A stretch of 64,000 nt of DNA, from assembly GCA_963731855.1 (NCBI GenBank), contig CAVSXH010000002.1, positions 2,747 to 66,746 on the forward strand. The letters are read 5' to 3'. The notes under the pieces were generated by a model. The model was given only the letters and a program-made list of their open reading frames with translations. It was not told the origin of the DNA and did not search any database. Shown one piece after another: positions 33,570-45,100 of this stretch (position 1 is the first letter of the stretch; every line of letters begins with the position of its first letter). The position numbers and the translations under genes are program-made. Origin of the DNA: an uncultured Alphaproteobacteria bacterium (GTDB lineage Bacteria > Pseudomonadota > Alphaproteobacteria > Rhizobiales > Rhodomicrobiaceae).

Positions 33570-36095
33570 TTGCCCCGTCCAGCATTATCGTTTCAGTTCC
33601 GACCTCACCGCTTCCGTCAAGATTTGCGGCGGGTCCGCGATGCCGTCCTCAGGGCGCGCCGGCTTGAGCCGCTGGAATTCGACCAGATCGTCGTCCGCTT
33701 CGCTGTCGGCTTCGTCATCACCACCTACGCCGCCGTCTCCCATCTCCTTGAAGACCCGGACGCGCAATCGGCGGCGGTCATCGTGGCGCTGCTCGTCGGC
33801 GCCTGGCTGCTTGGCGGGGCGTTCCTGGCGCATCTGGCGCTTTGGCCGCATCGCCGGCTGGAACGGCGGGCGGCATCCATCTGCACGGACGCGGTGGCGC
33901 TCAGCCTGCTGATCGGATTCGGCGAGCGGTCGGCGGCGATGTTCTTTCCGGTCTATCTCTGGGTGACGCTCGGCAACGGCTTCCGCTTCGGCGTCGGCTA
34001 TATGTATGGAGCGATCGCGGCGAATGCGGGATGCTTCGTCGTCATGGCGATGCTGACGCCCTATTGGCGCGACGCCTGGCAGTTTTCCGTCGGCCTGACG
34101 CTGGCCATCATCGCCATTCCCTTCTATGTCGCCAAGCTCATCCGGAATTTGCGCACCGCGATGAACGAGGCCGAGGCCGCAAGCCGGGCCAAGACCGAAT
34201 TCCTGTCGATGATGAGCCACGAGCTGCGGACACCGTTGAACGCCATATTGGGGCTCGCGCAGCTCTCCAAAATCACCGCGACGAGCACCAAGGAGCGCTT
34301 CAGCGCCGTTTCGACCGAGCTTGCCGCCGGGCGCCTCCTGCGCATGGTCGACACCATCCTCAACTTTCAGCGCATCGAGAGCGGCGCGGCGGAGCGCCGC
34401 GACCGGAAGTTCGACATTCTCGAAATGCTGGCCGAGGTGAAGGCCATCATCGAGCCGCTCGCGCGGCAAAAAGGCCTTGAGTTTCACATCCGTTTCGCCT
34501 CGGCGCTGCCGGCCGCGCTGTGCTCCGATCCGGATCACATCCAGACCATCACGTTCAACCTCGTCACCAATGCCGTGAAATACACCAAGTCCGGCAGCGT
34601 TTCGCTAACCGTCGGTGTGACCGGCGACATGCGGGATCCAGAGCTGTTGATCGCGGTGCGCGACACAGGCGACGGCATTTCGCCTGAAGCGCAACCGCAC
34701 ATATTCGAGCGTTTCGTCCGGGGTGCAAACCACCAGGCATCGGCCGAGCCGGGCGTAGGGCTCGGCCTTTCCATGTGCCGGTCGCTCGCCGAATTGCTGG
34801 GCGGGAGTCTGGGATGCGAGAGCGTGCTCGGCAAAGGCTCGTATTTCTGGGCAAGGTTACCGGTGACGGCCGACCCGGACGCCGTGGAGGAGACTGTCCC
34901 TACGTCGCTCGCGCCAACCGCGCCGGTTCTGTGGCTTTCGCCGCGGCCCGGACAAGTGCCCGCGATTTCGGCCAACCCAGTGGCGGGCGACATGGACGCC
35001 CTCGCCCGCATGGCCGATGCCGATCCGCCGCTTTCCACCCATGTTCTCATCGTCGATCTCGACCGTGCCAGCGAGGAAGCTCGGGGTCGTCTGCGGGACG
35101 CTCTGGCGGATGAGCGTCCGCCCGCTCTCATCGTGCTGAGCTTGGCCGCCGAGGTGCCCGGCGACATTCCCGCCGCTGCGAAGGCGATCGTCACGCCGGC
35201 TCGGCACCGCGAGTTGGACGATATCGTCGCGACGGTTGCGCGCTGGCATTGGCGCGTGACGCAGCAATTCGACGCCGCCCCCGTCGAAGTGACGGCCCTC
35301 GTTCGGCGGCTGACCGTTCTGGTCGCGGACGATAATGCTCTCAATCGCGATGTGACCCAGCGCATGCTGGAGCTGGACGGGCATCGGGTGATTCTCGCCG
35401 AAACGGGCGAGGAAGCGCTGCACCATCTGCTGGAAGGCGAGGCGGAGGTGGCCTTTCTCGATGTCAACATGCCCGGAATGAGTGGGATCGAGGCTTGCCG
35501 AAGCTACAAGGCGGGGCTGGGCAGCGGCGCCCGCATTCCGGTGCTCGGCCTGACGGCGGACATTTCGGATAGAACCCGCCAGGACTGCCTGCGCGCGGGC
35601 ATGGAGGACGTTTTGGGCAAACCCGTTACGCTTGAGCATCTGCGCGGCGCGCTTGCCGATCTGCAACTCGCGGCCGGCAGCGCTGCCGCTCCGGCCGCCG
35701 GCAGTGCCATAGCGGCGGAGGCCGACGAGCCGGTGGTCGACGAAAGCCGCATTGCATTCGTTCGCGAACTCTTCGGCGAAGAGAAGTTCAGCAATCACTT
35801 CCTGGCAAGCTTCAAGCGCGATGTCGGCCGCAATTTGGAGCTGCTCCGGCAAGGTGTAGCGTTGCAGCGGAGCCAATGCATCGGCGATGCGCTTCACGCC
35901 ATCAAAAGCAGTGCCTGCACGGCGGGCGCCAAACGGCTGTTTCGCACCGTGGAGCGGCTTGAGCGCGCGGATCACGAGGGCGGCGCGGCGGGCGCGGAAT
36001 TGGCGATCCAGACGGAATTCCGAAGCTTTTGCGATGCGGTGGAAGCGCTGCGCTTTCCGCCGGAGGAGCGGCGCGAATTGGTTAATTGCGCCTGA
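33570..36095 (+). CDS. rpfC: RpfC-like membrane hybrid sensor kinase (TM-HisKA-HATPase-REC-HPt)
   Basis: About 5 TM helices with YLWVTLGNGFRFG; SHELRTPLN; NAVKYT; LVADDN..FLDVNMP; HAIKSSA HPt; start codon uncertain (TTG 33570). Confidence 0.82.
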   Translation: MPRPALSFQFRPHRFRQDLRRVRDAVLRARRLEPLEFDQIVVRFAVGFVITTYAAVSHLLEDPDAQSAAVIVALLVGAWLLGGAFLAHLALWPHRRLERRAASICTDAVALSLLIGFGERSAAMFFPVYLWVTLGNGFRFGVGYMYGAIAANAGCFVVMAMLTPYWRDAWQFSVGLTLAIIAIPFYVAKLIRNLRTAMNEAEAASRAKTEFLSMMSHELRTPLNAILGLAQLSKITATSTKERFSAVSTELAAGRLLRMVDTILNFQRIESGAAERRDRKFDILEMLAEVKAIIEPLARQKGLEFHIRFASALPAALCSDPDHIQTITFNLVTNAVKYTKSGSVSLTVGVTGDMRDPELLIAVRDTGDGISPEAQPHIFERFVRGANHQASAEPGVGLGLSMCRSLAELLGGSLGCESVLGKGSYFWARLPVTADPDAVEETVPTSLAPTAPVLWLSPRPGQVPAISANPVAGDMDALARMADADPPLSTHVLIVDLDRASEEARGRLRDALADERPPALIVLSLAAEVPGDIPAAAKAIVTPARHRELDDIVATVARWHWRVTQQFDAAPVEVTALVRRLTVLVADDNALNRDVTQRMLELDGHRVILAETGEEALHHLLEGEAEVAFLDVNMPGMSGIEACRSYKAGLGSGARIPVLGLTADISDRTRQDCLRAGMEDVLGKPVTLEHLRGALADLQLAAGSAAAPAAGSAIAAEADEPVVDESRIAFVRELFGEEKFSNHFLASFKRDVGRNLELLRQGVALQRSQCIGDALHAIKSSACTAGAKRLFRTVERLERADHEGGAAGAELAIQTEFRSFCDAVEALRFPPEERRELVNCA

Positions 36096-36355
36096 ACGGT
36101 CGGCCTGCTGCCTCTGACCTGCCGGTGCGGATGCCCCCGGTCAGAAGCATTCAGATGAGGTGTGCGCCTGCCGCTGCCCCCTTCCAATTTCAAAAAAACT
36201 AATTTGATTCAGAAGCTTGGAAGTTTTTCTGGCAATAGCGCGCCACTATGGCGCATTAAGCTCATTGCGGAATTGACCGCCTCGGCAAACGCTGTGCGGA
36301 GTATAGTAACCGTCCGATAAGTTGCTCGGACGGCTTCCGGAAAACAGAGACATTT

Positions 36356-37678
36356 GTGATCCCATCGATTTCTCTTCCCACGCGCCTTCAGGCATATGCA
36401 TCGCGGTTCGCTGAGCGCTTTCGGGCCAAGCGGCAGGACGCGGCTTCGGCCAGCGGCGTGCTGTCCCGGACCTCGCCCTCCGGCGGCCCGCCGAGGATCG
36501 GCATTTTCGGACTGTTCGGCTCCGGCAACCTCGGCAATGACGGATCGCTGGAAAGTTTCCTCGGCTCCCTGCGTTCAGCGCATCCGGACGCTGAACCGCA
36601 TTGCATTTGCCACGGAACGGAAGCTGTGCGCGAGCGGTTCGGCATCCCCGTGCTGCCGATCCAGGCCCCGCCGCCCAGCAGCCAATGGCTGAAACTGCTG
36701 AACAAATTGTCCCTGCGGACCCTGTTTCGCGCGTTGGAATGGGTGCAGACCATCCGGGCGGCAAGACGCTTCGATCTTGTCGTCGTGCCCGGAACCGGAA
36801 TGCTCGACGATTTCGGCGAGCGCTGGCGGGACATGCCCTATCATCTGTTCCGCTGGTCTCTCGCTTGCCGGCTGGCGGGGACGCCCTTCGCCTTCGTCAG
36901 CATCGGTGCCGGGCCGATCCATCATCCGTTCAGCCGCTGGCTGATGCGTAGCGCGGCCGCGATGGCCCGCTATCGCTCTTATCGCGATATGAATTCCAAA
37001 AACTATATGGGTGGGATCGGCCTCAATCGGCCCGGCGACGCGGTAACGCCGGATCTGGCCTTCCGCTTGCCACTACCGGCTTTGCCGCCCCCATCGGCCG
37101 CCGGGCGGCGCGTGATCGGCGTGGGCATGATGGGCTATGCCGGCTGGAAGCATTCCCAGGCGGACGGCAAGGCGATTTACCGCGCCTATACAGCCAAGAT
37201 GACGCAATTCGTGGCATGGCTCGTCGGGCAGGGATTCCGCGTCAGGCTGATTATGGGCGACGAGGGCGACATCCAGGCGATGAACGACGTTTGCCTGGCG
37301 ATCGGCGAACAGGGGGCCGGCATGGCGGCCCATGTCACCGCCGAGACCGCGCGGTCGCTCACCGAAGTCATGCGCCAGATCGGTGAAACCGAACTGCTGG
37401 TCGCGACGCGCTTTCACAATGTCGTCTGCGGCTTGATGATGGGAAGGCCGGTGATCTCGCTCAGCTATGCCAAGAAGAACGATGTGCTCCTCGACGAGAT
37501 GGGACTTCAGGATTTTTGCCAGCACATCGAGTTTGTCAATCTCGACCGGCTAAAGGCCCAGTTCGAGCGGCTGATGCGGGAACGAGACCATTTCCAGCCC
37601 GGAATCATCCAGAAAGCCGCCCAATATCGCGAGCAGCTAGCCGAGCAGGAGAAGCATCTGCTGACCGAGCTGCTGTAG
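36356..37678 (+). CDS. Polysaccharide pyruvyl transferase family protein
   Basis: FGLFGSGNLGND, SYRD..S, PDLAF, ATRFH motifs. Confidence 0.85.
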   Translation: MIPSISLPTRLQAYASRFAERFRAKRQDAASASGVLSRTSPSGGPPRIGIFGLFGSGNLGNDGSLESFLGSLRSAHPDAEPHCICHGTEAVRERFGIPVLPIQAPPPSSQWLKLLNKLSLRTLFRALEWVQTIRAARRFDLVVVPGTGMLDDFGERWRDMPYHLFRWSLACRLAGTPFAFVSIGAGPIHHPFSRWLMRSAAAMARYRSYRDMNSKNYMGGIGLNRPGDAVTPDLAFRLPLPALPPPSAAGRRVIGVGMMGYAGWKHSQADGKAIYRAYTAKMTQFVAWLVGQGFRVRLIMGDEGDIQAMNDVCLAIGEQGAGMAAHVTAETARSLTEVMRQIGETELLVATRFHNVVCGLMMGRPVISLSYAKKNDVLLDEMGLQDFCQHIEFVNLDRLKAQFERLMRERDHFQPGIIQKAAQYREQLAEQEKHLLTELL

Positions 37679-37847
37679 GCCATTGATCGGCAGAGCCGTT
37701 TCCTTCGCCTGCGCTCTTTTCGGACTAATACTTTAGATTAATCCGCGCATCGCTCGGCCTATAACGATGAGATATATCCCTCTACACACATCGCTGGTTA
37801 CCTTGCAGCGCTGGACGCTTGGCCGGCGGATTGAGTAAGATGCGCCG

Positions 37848-39947
37848 ATGGCAAATCAAAATGTCGCCGGAGATTTTCCGGACGTTTCCGTTGAGAACTG
37901 GCGATCCGCGGCGCTGAAGGCGCTTGGCGGCGGCGCTTTGGATGAGCTCGACGCCGAACTTTACGAGCAGTTCCCGGTCGCGCCCCTCTATGCCAGGAAT
38001 ACGAGTGCGGAAGCGGCACGCCTTTCCGGCGCCGTGGGCGCCGCGCCTTTCATTCGCGGCGCGCGCCTTCCCGCCCGGACGCAGGGCTGGGCGATCATCC
38101 AGTTTCTCGACCATCCGGACATCGCGGAAGCAAGGCGTCAGCTGCGTAGCGATTTTGCCAATGGCGCCCGCGCCTTCTGGGTGCAGTTCCTTGGCAATAT
38201 TCCCTATGGCGGCAGCTCTCTCGGTGCGCGCAAGGTCGACGCGCTGGAGGCGGTGTTCGCGAACGTGGCGCTGGAGGATATCGAACTCCACGTCTCGGGC
38301 GGCTTCGACGCCATCGCTGGCGCAGCTTTGATCGCGGCGCTGATCGAGCGGCGTGGCATTGCTCCGGCCAGGGTTAAAGGCTCCGCCGGGCTCGATCCGC
38401 TCAGCCATGTCGCGGCGACGGGAGCCATCCCCGCTGAGCGCGCCCGCGTAATGGCCGAGGCCGTCGATGCGGCAACCTATCTGCGCGAAAAAAACTACGG
38501 CCTGACGCCGTTCCTCGTCTCGGGGCGGGCGTGGCATCAGGCCGGCGGCTCATCGCGGGAGGAACTCGGTTTTGTGCTCGCGGCCGGCGTCGCCTATTTC
38601 CGCGCACTGATCGATGCGGGCTGGTCGCTGGAGGACGCCGCCAAGGCGATCCGGTTCTCGCTCACCGCGGATGCGGACATCTTCATCACCATCGCCAAGT
38701 TTCGCGCCATGCGGGCGCTGTGGGCACGGGTCACCGAGGCCTCCGGGCTCGCGCCGACGCCCCCTTCGCTGATCGCTGAAATGTCCTACCGCATGGTCAC
38801 CGAACGCGATCCGCATGTGAATCTGCTTCGCGCAACCGCCGCCGCCTTCGGTGCGGCGGTCGGCGGCGCGGAAGCGGTGCTGCTCATACCCTTCAACACC
38901 AGGAACGGCACACCGGACGCCTTTTCGCGGCGGCTCGCCCGCAATACGCAGCTCATCTTAAGCGAGGAAGCCCAGCTCGGGCGCGTGGCGGACGAAGCGG
39001 GCGGGTCCTGGTATGTCGAAAGCCTCACCCATCAGCTTGCGGCGGCGGCATGGGACGAATTCCGCGCTGTCGAGGCGGCGGGCGGGCTGCTGGCCGCACT
39101 GGAGCAAGGGCTGATCGCGCGCAAGCTCACCGATGTCAGCATGCGGCGCCACGCCAATCTCGCCCGCAATCGCGACAAGATCACCGGCGTTTCGTCCTAC
39201 CCCGATATTTGCGAGCAGCCGCTGTTTTCGCGGCCGGAAGACATCGCCATCGACCTGACCGCGCCCGACGAGGAAGGCGAGATTGCCCAATTGCCGCCGG
39301 CGTCGAAAGGCAAGCGCTTCGCTGTGCTGGTCGATGCCGCGCAGAACGGCGCGACACTTAAAGCCCTCGAACGCGCCTGCGAAAGCCTTGTCGAACGCTA
39401 CGATTTCATTCCTTCGATCGCGGAACGCGCCGCCGAGCCGTTCGAGGAACTGCGCGCCGCCTCGGACCGCGCCATGAGCCGGGTCCGTGCCCGTCCGCCG
39501 GTCTTCCTCGCCAACCTCGGGACGCTCTCCGACTACAATGCGCGGGCAGGGTGGGCAAAGAACTTCTTCGCGGCCGGCGGCATCGAAGCGCTCGATGAGG
39601 GCGGCTTCACCAAAATCGAAACGCTGCTGCGGGCTTTCCAGCGCAGCCCTGCGCCGGTCGCCTGCATCTGCGCGTCGGCCAAGACGCTGGCGGCGATGAG
39701 CGGAGTGCCCGCTGCGCTGAAGCGCGCCGGCGCGGTCGCCGTTTATCTCGCAGCCGACCCGGATATGCTGACGGGTCTGGCCGAAGCGGACAAGCGGGCG
39801 ATCGACCGCATCGTCTATGACGGCTGCAACATGCTGACCACGCTTACTGAATTGCATCACATGATGCGCGTGAAGGAACTCGGGCAAGCCGAGTCGGAGG
39901 ACTTCGACGACGACGAAGATCGCCCCGGCGCCAGCCTTCCCAGATAA
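37848..39947 (+). CDS. Methylmalonyl-CoA mutase small (beta) subunit
   Basis: IAKFRAMR.LW, DPHVNLLR, RLARNTQLIL.EE, GGSWYVE; lacks the DxHxxG B12 motif. Confidence 0.9.
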   Translation: MANQNVAGDFPDVSVENWRSAALKALGGGALDELDAELYEQFPVAPLYARNTSAEAARLSGAVGAAPFIRGARLPARTQGWAIIQFLDHPDIAEARRQLRSDFANGARAFWVQFLGNIPYGGSSLGARKVDALEAVFANVALEDIELHVSGGFDAIAGAALIAALIERRGIAPARVKGSAGLDPLSHVAATGAIPAERARVMAEAVDAATYLREKNYGLTPFLVSGRAWHQAGGSSREELGFVLAAGVAYFRALIDAGWSLEDAAKAIRFSLTADADIFITIAKFRAMRALWARVTEASGLAPTPPSLIAEMSYRMVTERDPHVNLLRATAAAFGAAVGGAEAVLLIPFNTRNGTPDAFSRRLARNTQLILSEEAQLGRVADEAGGSWYVESLTHQLAAAAWDEFRAVEAAGGLLAALEQGLIARKLTDVSMRRHANLARNRDKITGVSSYPDICEQPLFSRPEDIAIDLTAPDEEGEIAQLPPASKGKRFAVLVDAAQNGATLKALERACESLVERYDFIPSIAERAAEPFEELRAASDRAMSRVRARPPVFLANLGTLSDYNARAGWAKNFFAAGGIEALDEGGFTKIETLLRAFQRSPAPVACICASAKTLAAMSGVPAALKRAGAVAVYLAADPDMLTGLAEADKRAIDRIVYDGCNMLTTLTELHHMMRVKELGQAESEDFDDDEDRPGASLPR

Positions 39948-39965
39948 TAACGGATCGATTGTGTT

Positions 39966-42134
39966 ATGAGCCGCTTGCCCGATTTCGCGCAGATGGAATG
40001 GACTCTTCCCAAAGCTGGCGCCGCCGGGCCGCCCGCTGCGCAAAAAAACGCGATGACGCCGGAGGGTATTCCGCTCGCGCCCGTTTACGACGAGGCCGCC
40101 CTTGAAGGCCTCGATTTCCTCGACGGGATGCCGGGCCTGCCGCCGTTCCTGCGCGGCCCCTATCCAACCATGTACGTGCAGCAGCCCTGGACGATCCGCC
40201 AATATGCCGGTTTTTCCACGGCCGAGGAGTCCAACGCATTCTACCGCCGCAATCTGGCCGCCGGGCAGAAGGGCCTGTCTATTGCCTTCGACCTCGCCAC
40301 CCATCGCGGCTATGACAGCGACCATCCGCGCGTCAAGGGCGATGTGGGCATGGCGGGCGTCGCCATCGACTCGATCTATGACATGCGCACTCTGTTCGAC
40401 GGCATTCCCTTGTCGGAAATGACTGTATCCATGACGATGAACGGCGCGGTGCTGCCGGTGCTGGCGCTCTACATCGTCGCGGCGGAAGAGCAGGGCGTGC
40501 CGCCGGAAAAGCTTGCCGGCACCATCCAGAACGACATTCTCAAGGAGTTCATGGTCCGCAACACCTACATCTACCCGCCCACGCCTTCGATGCGCATCAT
40601 CTCGGATATCTTCGCCTACACCTCGCAACGCATGCCGAAATTCAATTCGATCTCGATTTCCGGCTACCACATGCAGGAAGCCGGGGCGACCGCGGATCTG
40701 GAACTCGGCTATACGCTCGCCGACGGCATGGATTATGTGCGGGCGGGCATCAAGACGGGGCTCGACGTCGACAGCTTCGCGCCGCGTCTCTCCTTCTTCT
40801 GGGCCATCGGCATGAACTTCTTCATGGAAGTGGCCAAGATGCGGGCCGCCCGCATGCTCTGGGCGAAGATCATGAAGGATCTGGGCGCGAAGGACCCGCG
40901 CTCGCTTTCGCTCAGAGCGCATTGCCAGACCTCGGGCTGGAGCCTCACCGCCCAGGATGCGTTCAACAATGTCGTGCGCACCTGCATCGAAGCGCTCGCT
41001 GCGACGCATGGCGGCACGCAGTCGCTGCACACCAATGCGCTGGACGAGGCGCTTGCCCTGCCTACCGATTTCTCGGCCCGCATCGCCCGCAATACGCAGC
41101 TCTTCATTGCCCAGGAGACCGGCACCGCTCGCGTCATCGATCCCTGGGGCGGCAGCTATTTTGTCGAGCGGCTGACCCACGATCTGGCGCGCAAGGCCTG
41201 GGCGCATATCGAGGAGGTTGAGCGGCTTGGCGGCATGGCGAAGGCCATCGAGGCGGGCCTGCCGAAAATGCGCATCGAGGAAGCCGCCGCCCGCACCCAG
41301 GCGCGCATCGACAGCGGCGCGCAGACCATCGTCGGCGTAAACAAATACAAGCCGGAAAGCGATCGCCCTATCGATGTGCTGGTGGTCGACAATTCAGCTG
41401 TGCGCGCCAAGCAGATCGAGAAGTTGAAGCGGCTGCGTGCGGAACGCGACCTGGCGGAAACCGAGGCTGCGCTCAGCGCGCTGACAGATGCTGCGCAAAG
41501 CGGGCAGGGCAATCTGCTCGACCTGTCGGTCAAGGCGGCGCGGGCGAAAGCCACCGTTGGCGAGATTTCCGACGCCATGGAGAAGGCCTTCGGCCGCCAC
41601 CGGATCGACACGCGCGCCGTGTCGGGCGTTTACCGTCAGGAGATCGGGCATATGAATGAAGATGTGCGGCGCGTGCTCGCCATGACCGATGCGTTCGAGG
41701 CCAATGCCGGCCGGCGTCCGCGCATTCTGGTCGCCAAGGTCGGCCAGGACGGCCATGATCGCGGCCAGAAGGTGATCGCCTCGGCCTTTGCCGATCTCGG
41801 TTTCGACGTCGATATCGGCGCGCTGTTCGCGACGCCCGCAGAATGCGCCCGTCAGGCCATCGAGAACGACGTGCATATTGTCGGCGTGTCCTCGCTGGCC
41901 GCCGGACATCTGACACTGGTGCCGGACCTCAAAGCCGAGCTCACGGCGCAAGGCCGCCCGGACATCATGGTGGTCGTCGGCGGCGTCATTCCGCCCAAAG
42001 ACTATGACGCGCTTTTCGCTGCCGGCGCCAAGGCGGTGTTCGGTCCCGGCACCGTGATCGCCGAAGCCGCCGCCGATCTGCTGAATAAGCTGAACGCGCA
42101 GCTCGGTCACACCTCGCTCGAAGCGGCGGAATAG
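39966..42134 (+). CDS. scpA: Methylmalonyl-CoA mutase large subunit
   Basis: [36 protein letters not shown] cobalamin motif. Confidence 0.97.
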   Translation: MSRLPDFAQMEWTLPKAGAAGPPAAQKNAMTPEGIPLAPVYDEAALEGLDFLDGMPGLPPFLRGPYPTMYVQQPWTIRQYAGFSTAEESNAFYRRNLAAGQKGLSIAFDLATHRGYDSDHPRVKGDVGMAGVAIDSIYDMRTLFDGIPLSEMTVSMTMNGAVLPVLALYIVAAEEQGVPPEKLAGTIQNDILKEFMVRNTYIYPPTPSMRIISDIFAYTSQRMPKFNSISISGYHMQEAGATADLELGYTLADGMDYVRAGIKTGLDVDSFAPRLSFFWAIGMNFFMEVAKMRAARMLWAKIMKDLGAKDPRSLSLRAHCQTSGWSLTAQDAFNNVVRTCIEALAATHGGTQSLHTNALDEALALPTDFSARIARNTQLFIAQETGTARVIDPWGGSYFVERLTHDLARKAWAHIEEVERLGGMAKAIEAGLPKMRIEEAAARTQARIDSGAQTIVGVNKYKPESDRPIDVLVVDNSAVRAKQIEKLKRLRAERDLAETEAALSALTDAAQSGQGNLLDLSVKAARAKATVGEISDAMEKAFGRHRIDTRAVSGVYRQEIGHMNEDVRRVLAMTDAFEANAGRRPRILVAKVGQDGHDRGQKVIASAFADLGFDVDIGALFATPAECARQAIENDVHIVGVSSLAAGHLTLVPDLKAELTAQGRPDIMVVVGGVIPPKDYDALFAAGAKAVFGPGTVIAEAAADLLNKLNAQLGHTSLEAAE

Positions 42135-42185
42135 GGCCTCGCCCGCACCTCGTCCTCCTTTAAGCTGCGGCAGTGGCGTGACGCG

Positions 42186-45100
42186 TCATCTGGTGGCGGG
42201 GGGTAGGCTGCTGCTCGCCCGTGCGTTGTCGGGTTCGGGGCTGCGCTGCTCCGGCGGGATAATGTGCGGCACGCTCTGGTCGAACTCGAAGAGCTGGCGC
42301 AGGAAGCCGGGCGCCAGCATCGACATCGGGTTGACCAGCACGTCGGGTTGCGAGTTCGGGCCCTTGACCGCGAAGGTGATGCCGAACACGCCTTCACCGC
42401 TGCGGCCGGAGAGGATGTCGCCAATGATCGGAATTCCGCCGAGAACGCCGTTCAGACCGTAAAGCGGCACGTAGGTGCCGGACAGATTGATCTGCTCACG
42501 CTTGAAGTCGATCGAGCCGCGCATCGTTGCGCCGAGCAGCGGGCCGCTGATCGCGGCGTCATGCAGGATGAATTGCCCGTAGCCGACCGAGAAGGGTACG
42601 CGCATTCTATCGAATTGCAGCTGGTCGGAATATTGGGGCTGGGCCTTGACCTTCACGTTGGCCTTTTGCGCTCTCGGGCCGGAAAGCACCTCGCCCACGA
42701 CCTGATCGTTGGCGATGATGAAGTTGCGCGCATAGAGCACACCCACTTTCTGCGCGTTGCCGGTGCCATCCAGATTGACCTTAAGCGAGACTTCGCCGCC
42801 GCGCGCCGACGGATAGAAGCCAACCAGCCGGAAGGCTGAGCCAGCATCGGTCGCCTCGGCAAGCAATTCGCGCGGCTGCCCTTTTTTGATCTCGATGCGC
42901 GCCGCCAGCGGTTCCTTGCCGTTCAACTGGCCATGCACGTCGAGGGAGACCAGCTTGCCGCCCCGGCGTTTCGCTTCGACGGCGACGGCCTTCAGCGTGG
43001 TGTCGAAAAAGCCGAGCACCGTGCCGAACTCCAGCTTCATGTCCACGCCCGGCGCATCCTTGGGCGGTAGCGGCTGGTCATCGGCGACCTGCCCGGCGGA
43101 GAACAGCGATCGGAAGAACTGACGGCCGTCGTATGAATTGCCCTTGGCGCGCACCTGCCAGATGTTGTTGCGGCCGAGTTCGCCACTCATCTCCATCTGC
43201 GTCTGCGCATTAAGCGTCAGCACGGGAAAATTGAAGGCAACAGGCTGGCGTTTGTCGTCGATGCTGAGCGAGCCGCGCATCGCGAGATCGTCGCCCTGAA
43301 GATTGAAGCTCTTCAGCTCCAAGCCGCCGGCCTGCTGCGCCGCCTCGATGTCGAGCGTCAGAACGGCGCGCTGGCCGGGCGGTTTTCTCCAGCCGAAACC
43401 GGCCATCAGCACGTCCGTATCGGTGAGATTGGCCTCGAAGTGTACGAGTGGAGGCGCGGCCTTGCGCAAGCTCACCGTCAATTCGCAGTCGACGCCGCCG
43501 CGCAAAACATGGTTCACGTCGAGCCCAAGCTCCTTGCGCGCAGGCTCATCGAGCACGGCGCGCAGACGAAGCGGCGGCTGCTGCTCGGGCGCGGCATCGA
43601 AGATGCGCTGCCAGGCGACCTGCACGGGCAGGCCGTTCATCTTCAGCTCGCCCCGCGCTTCGATCGCCTTTTCCGAGACATCGAAATCCAGATCGCCGCC
43701 ATGAACGCCGACGCCGCCCGGCAGGTTATTGGCGCGCGCATTGGCGAGTTGTGCCCGGCCGTTGAGCTTCATGTCCTTGAATTTCAGGTCGGCCAGCAGC
43801 GGCATGCTCAAGCTGAATGTGCTGACCACCGATGCATCGATTTCAGGCACCTTCGTGTCCAGTGCGCGGATGTAGCCGAGCGGCGGCTGGTCCAGCAGTT
43901 CCAACACGCTGGCGGCCTTGGCTTCGCTCTTGAAATGGATCTCGGCCGCCGGAACGCGCGGCCGCAGGTCGCCGACGATAAATTCTCCGTCGGTAAAATC
44001 GACGCGTGCGCCGGAGGGCAGGCCAATGACACCCTTGGGCACGGTGAAGAAGAACCGCTGCCCCGCAACCACCGCCGTCGATTTCTCCGCGTGCAGCGGA
44101 GGCAGGTTCTTGATGTAGTGGACTTCCAGATCTTCGAGTTCGAGGCGGAAATCGACAGCTTCGGGCGCCAGATGGCCGCCGGCCGGAAGCGAGGCGAGTG
44201 CGTCGGCCGGGATGTCGATCTTCACCGTTCCGCCCGCGATGCGGCCTTGCGGCATTCGGGTGCCGATCCAGTCCCGCGCCCCGAATGCAATAAATTTCGG
44301 CCAGATGAGTTTGAAAAACGCGATCGGCATGGGGCTGACCTGCCCGGTCAGCTTGATGGCCGGTGACTTCTCCCCTTGCGTGAAGGATCCGCTCAGATTG
44401 ATCTGGGCGTCGGCGGCGCGCAGGAAGAAACGGTCGAGTTCGACCGAGCCGCGGCGCGGATCATACTCGCCCTGCGCCAGCATCTGGTCGAGCGGGATGA
44501 CGGGAATGCCGAAGCGTTCCGCGCCGAGCACGATCTCATCGGCGCCGACCTGAAATGCCCAGCGTCCGGTCTCTTTCTGGCGCTGGATCACACCCCTGAG
44601 CTTCAGCCGGCTGCCGCCCCAGCGCAATTCGGACTGCGTGAGGCGGATCACGCCCTCTTCGCGGGAATAGGTGAGGTGCATGTTGCCATGGTCGATCTCC
44701 GCCGGGAACCTCTCGTCCCAGGGCGCATAGATGCTGCCCTGTTTGAGCGAAGCGCGGACCGTCGCTCCGAGAATGTCGCCATTGCCGGCCAACTCAAGAT
44801 CGGCGGCGACAGAGACCGGCATGCTCCACATTTTCGGCAGCCGAAACATCGGGAATTCCGCGCCGAGATCGCGCGGCACGACGTCATCAAGTCCGAGACT
44901 GAGATCGAGCTCGCCGGTGCGCCGGTTCTGGCTGGCACGAAACTGCACCTGAAAGGCGTCCGTCGGTGTTTGGATGGCGACATTGCCGACGACGGCGCTG
45001 TTCTTGCCCCGGTGCTGGAGATCGACCTCAACGGTGGGTACGGCCCATCGGACGACCTCATCGCCGCGATCGAAGAACACGGTCGCGTCGCGAATGCCGA

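Noticed and set aside
37679-37847. Cobalamin riboswitch upstream of methylmalonyl-CoA mutase
   Set aside because: Short region without a recognisable B12-box.
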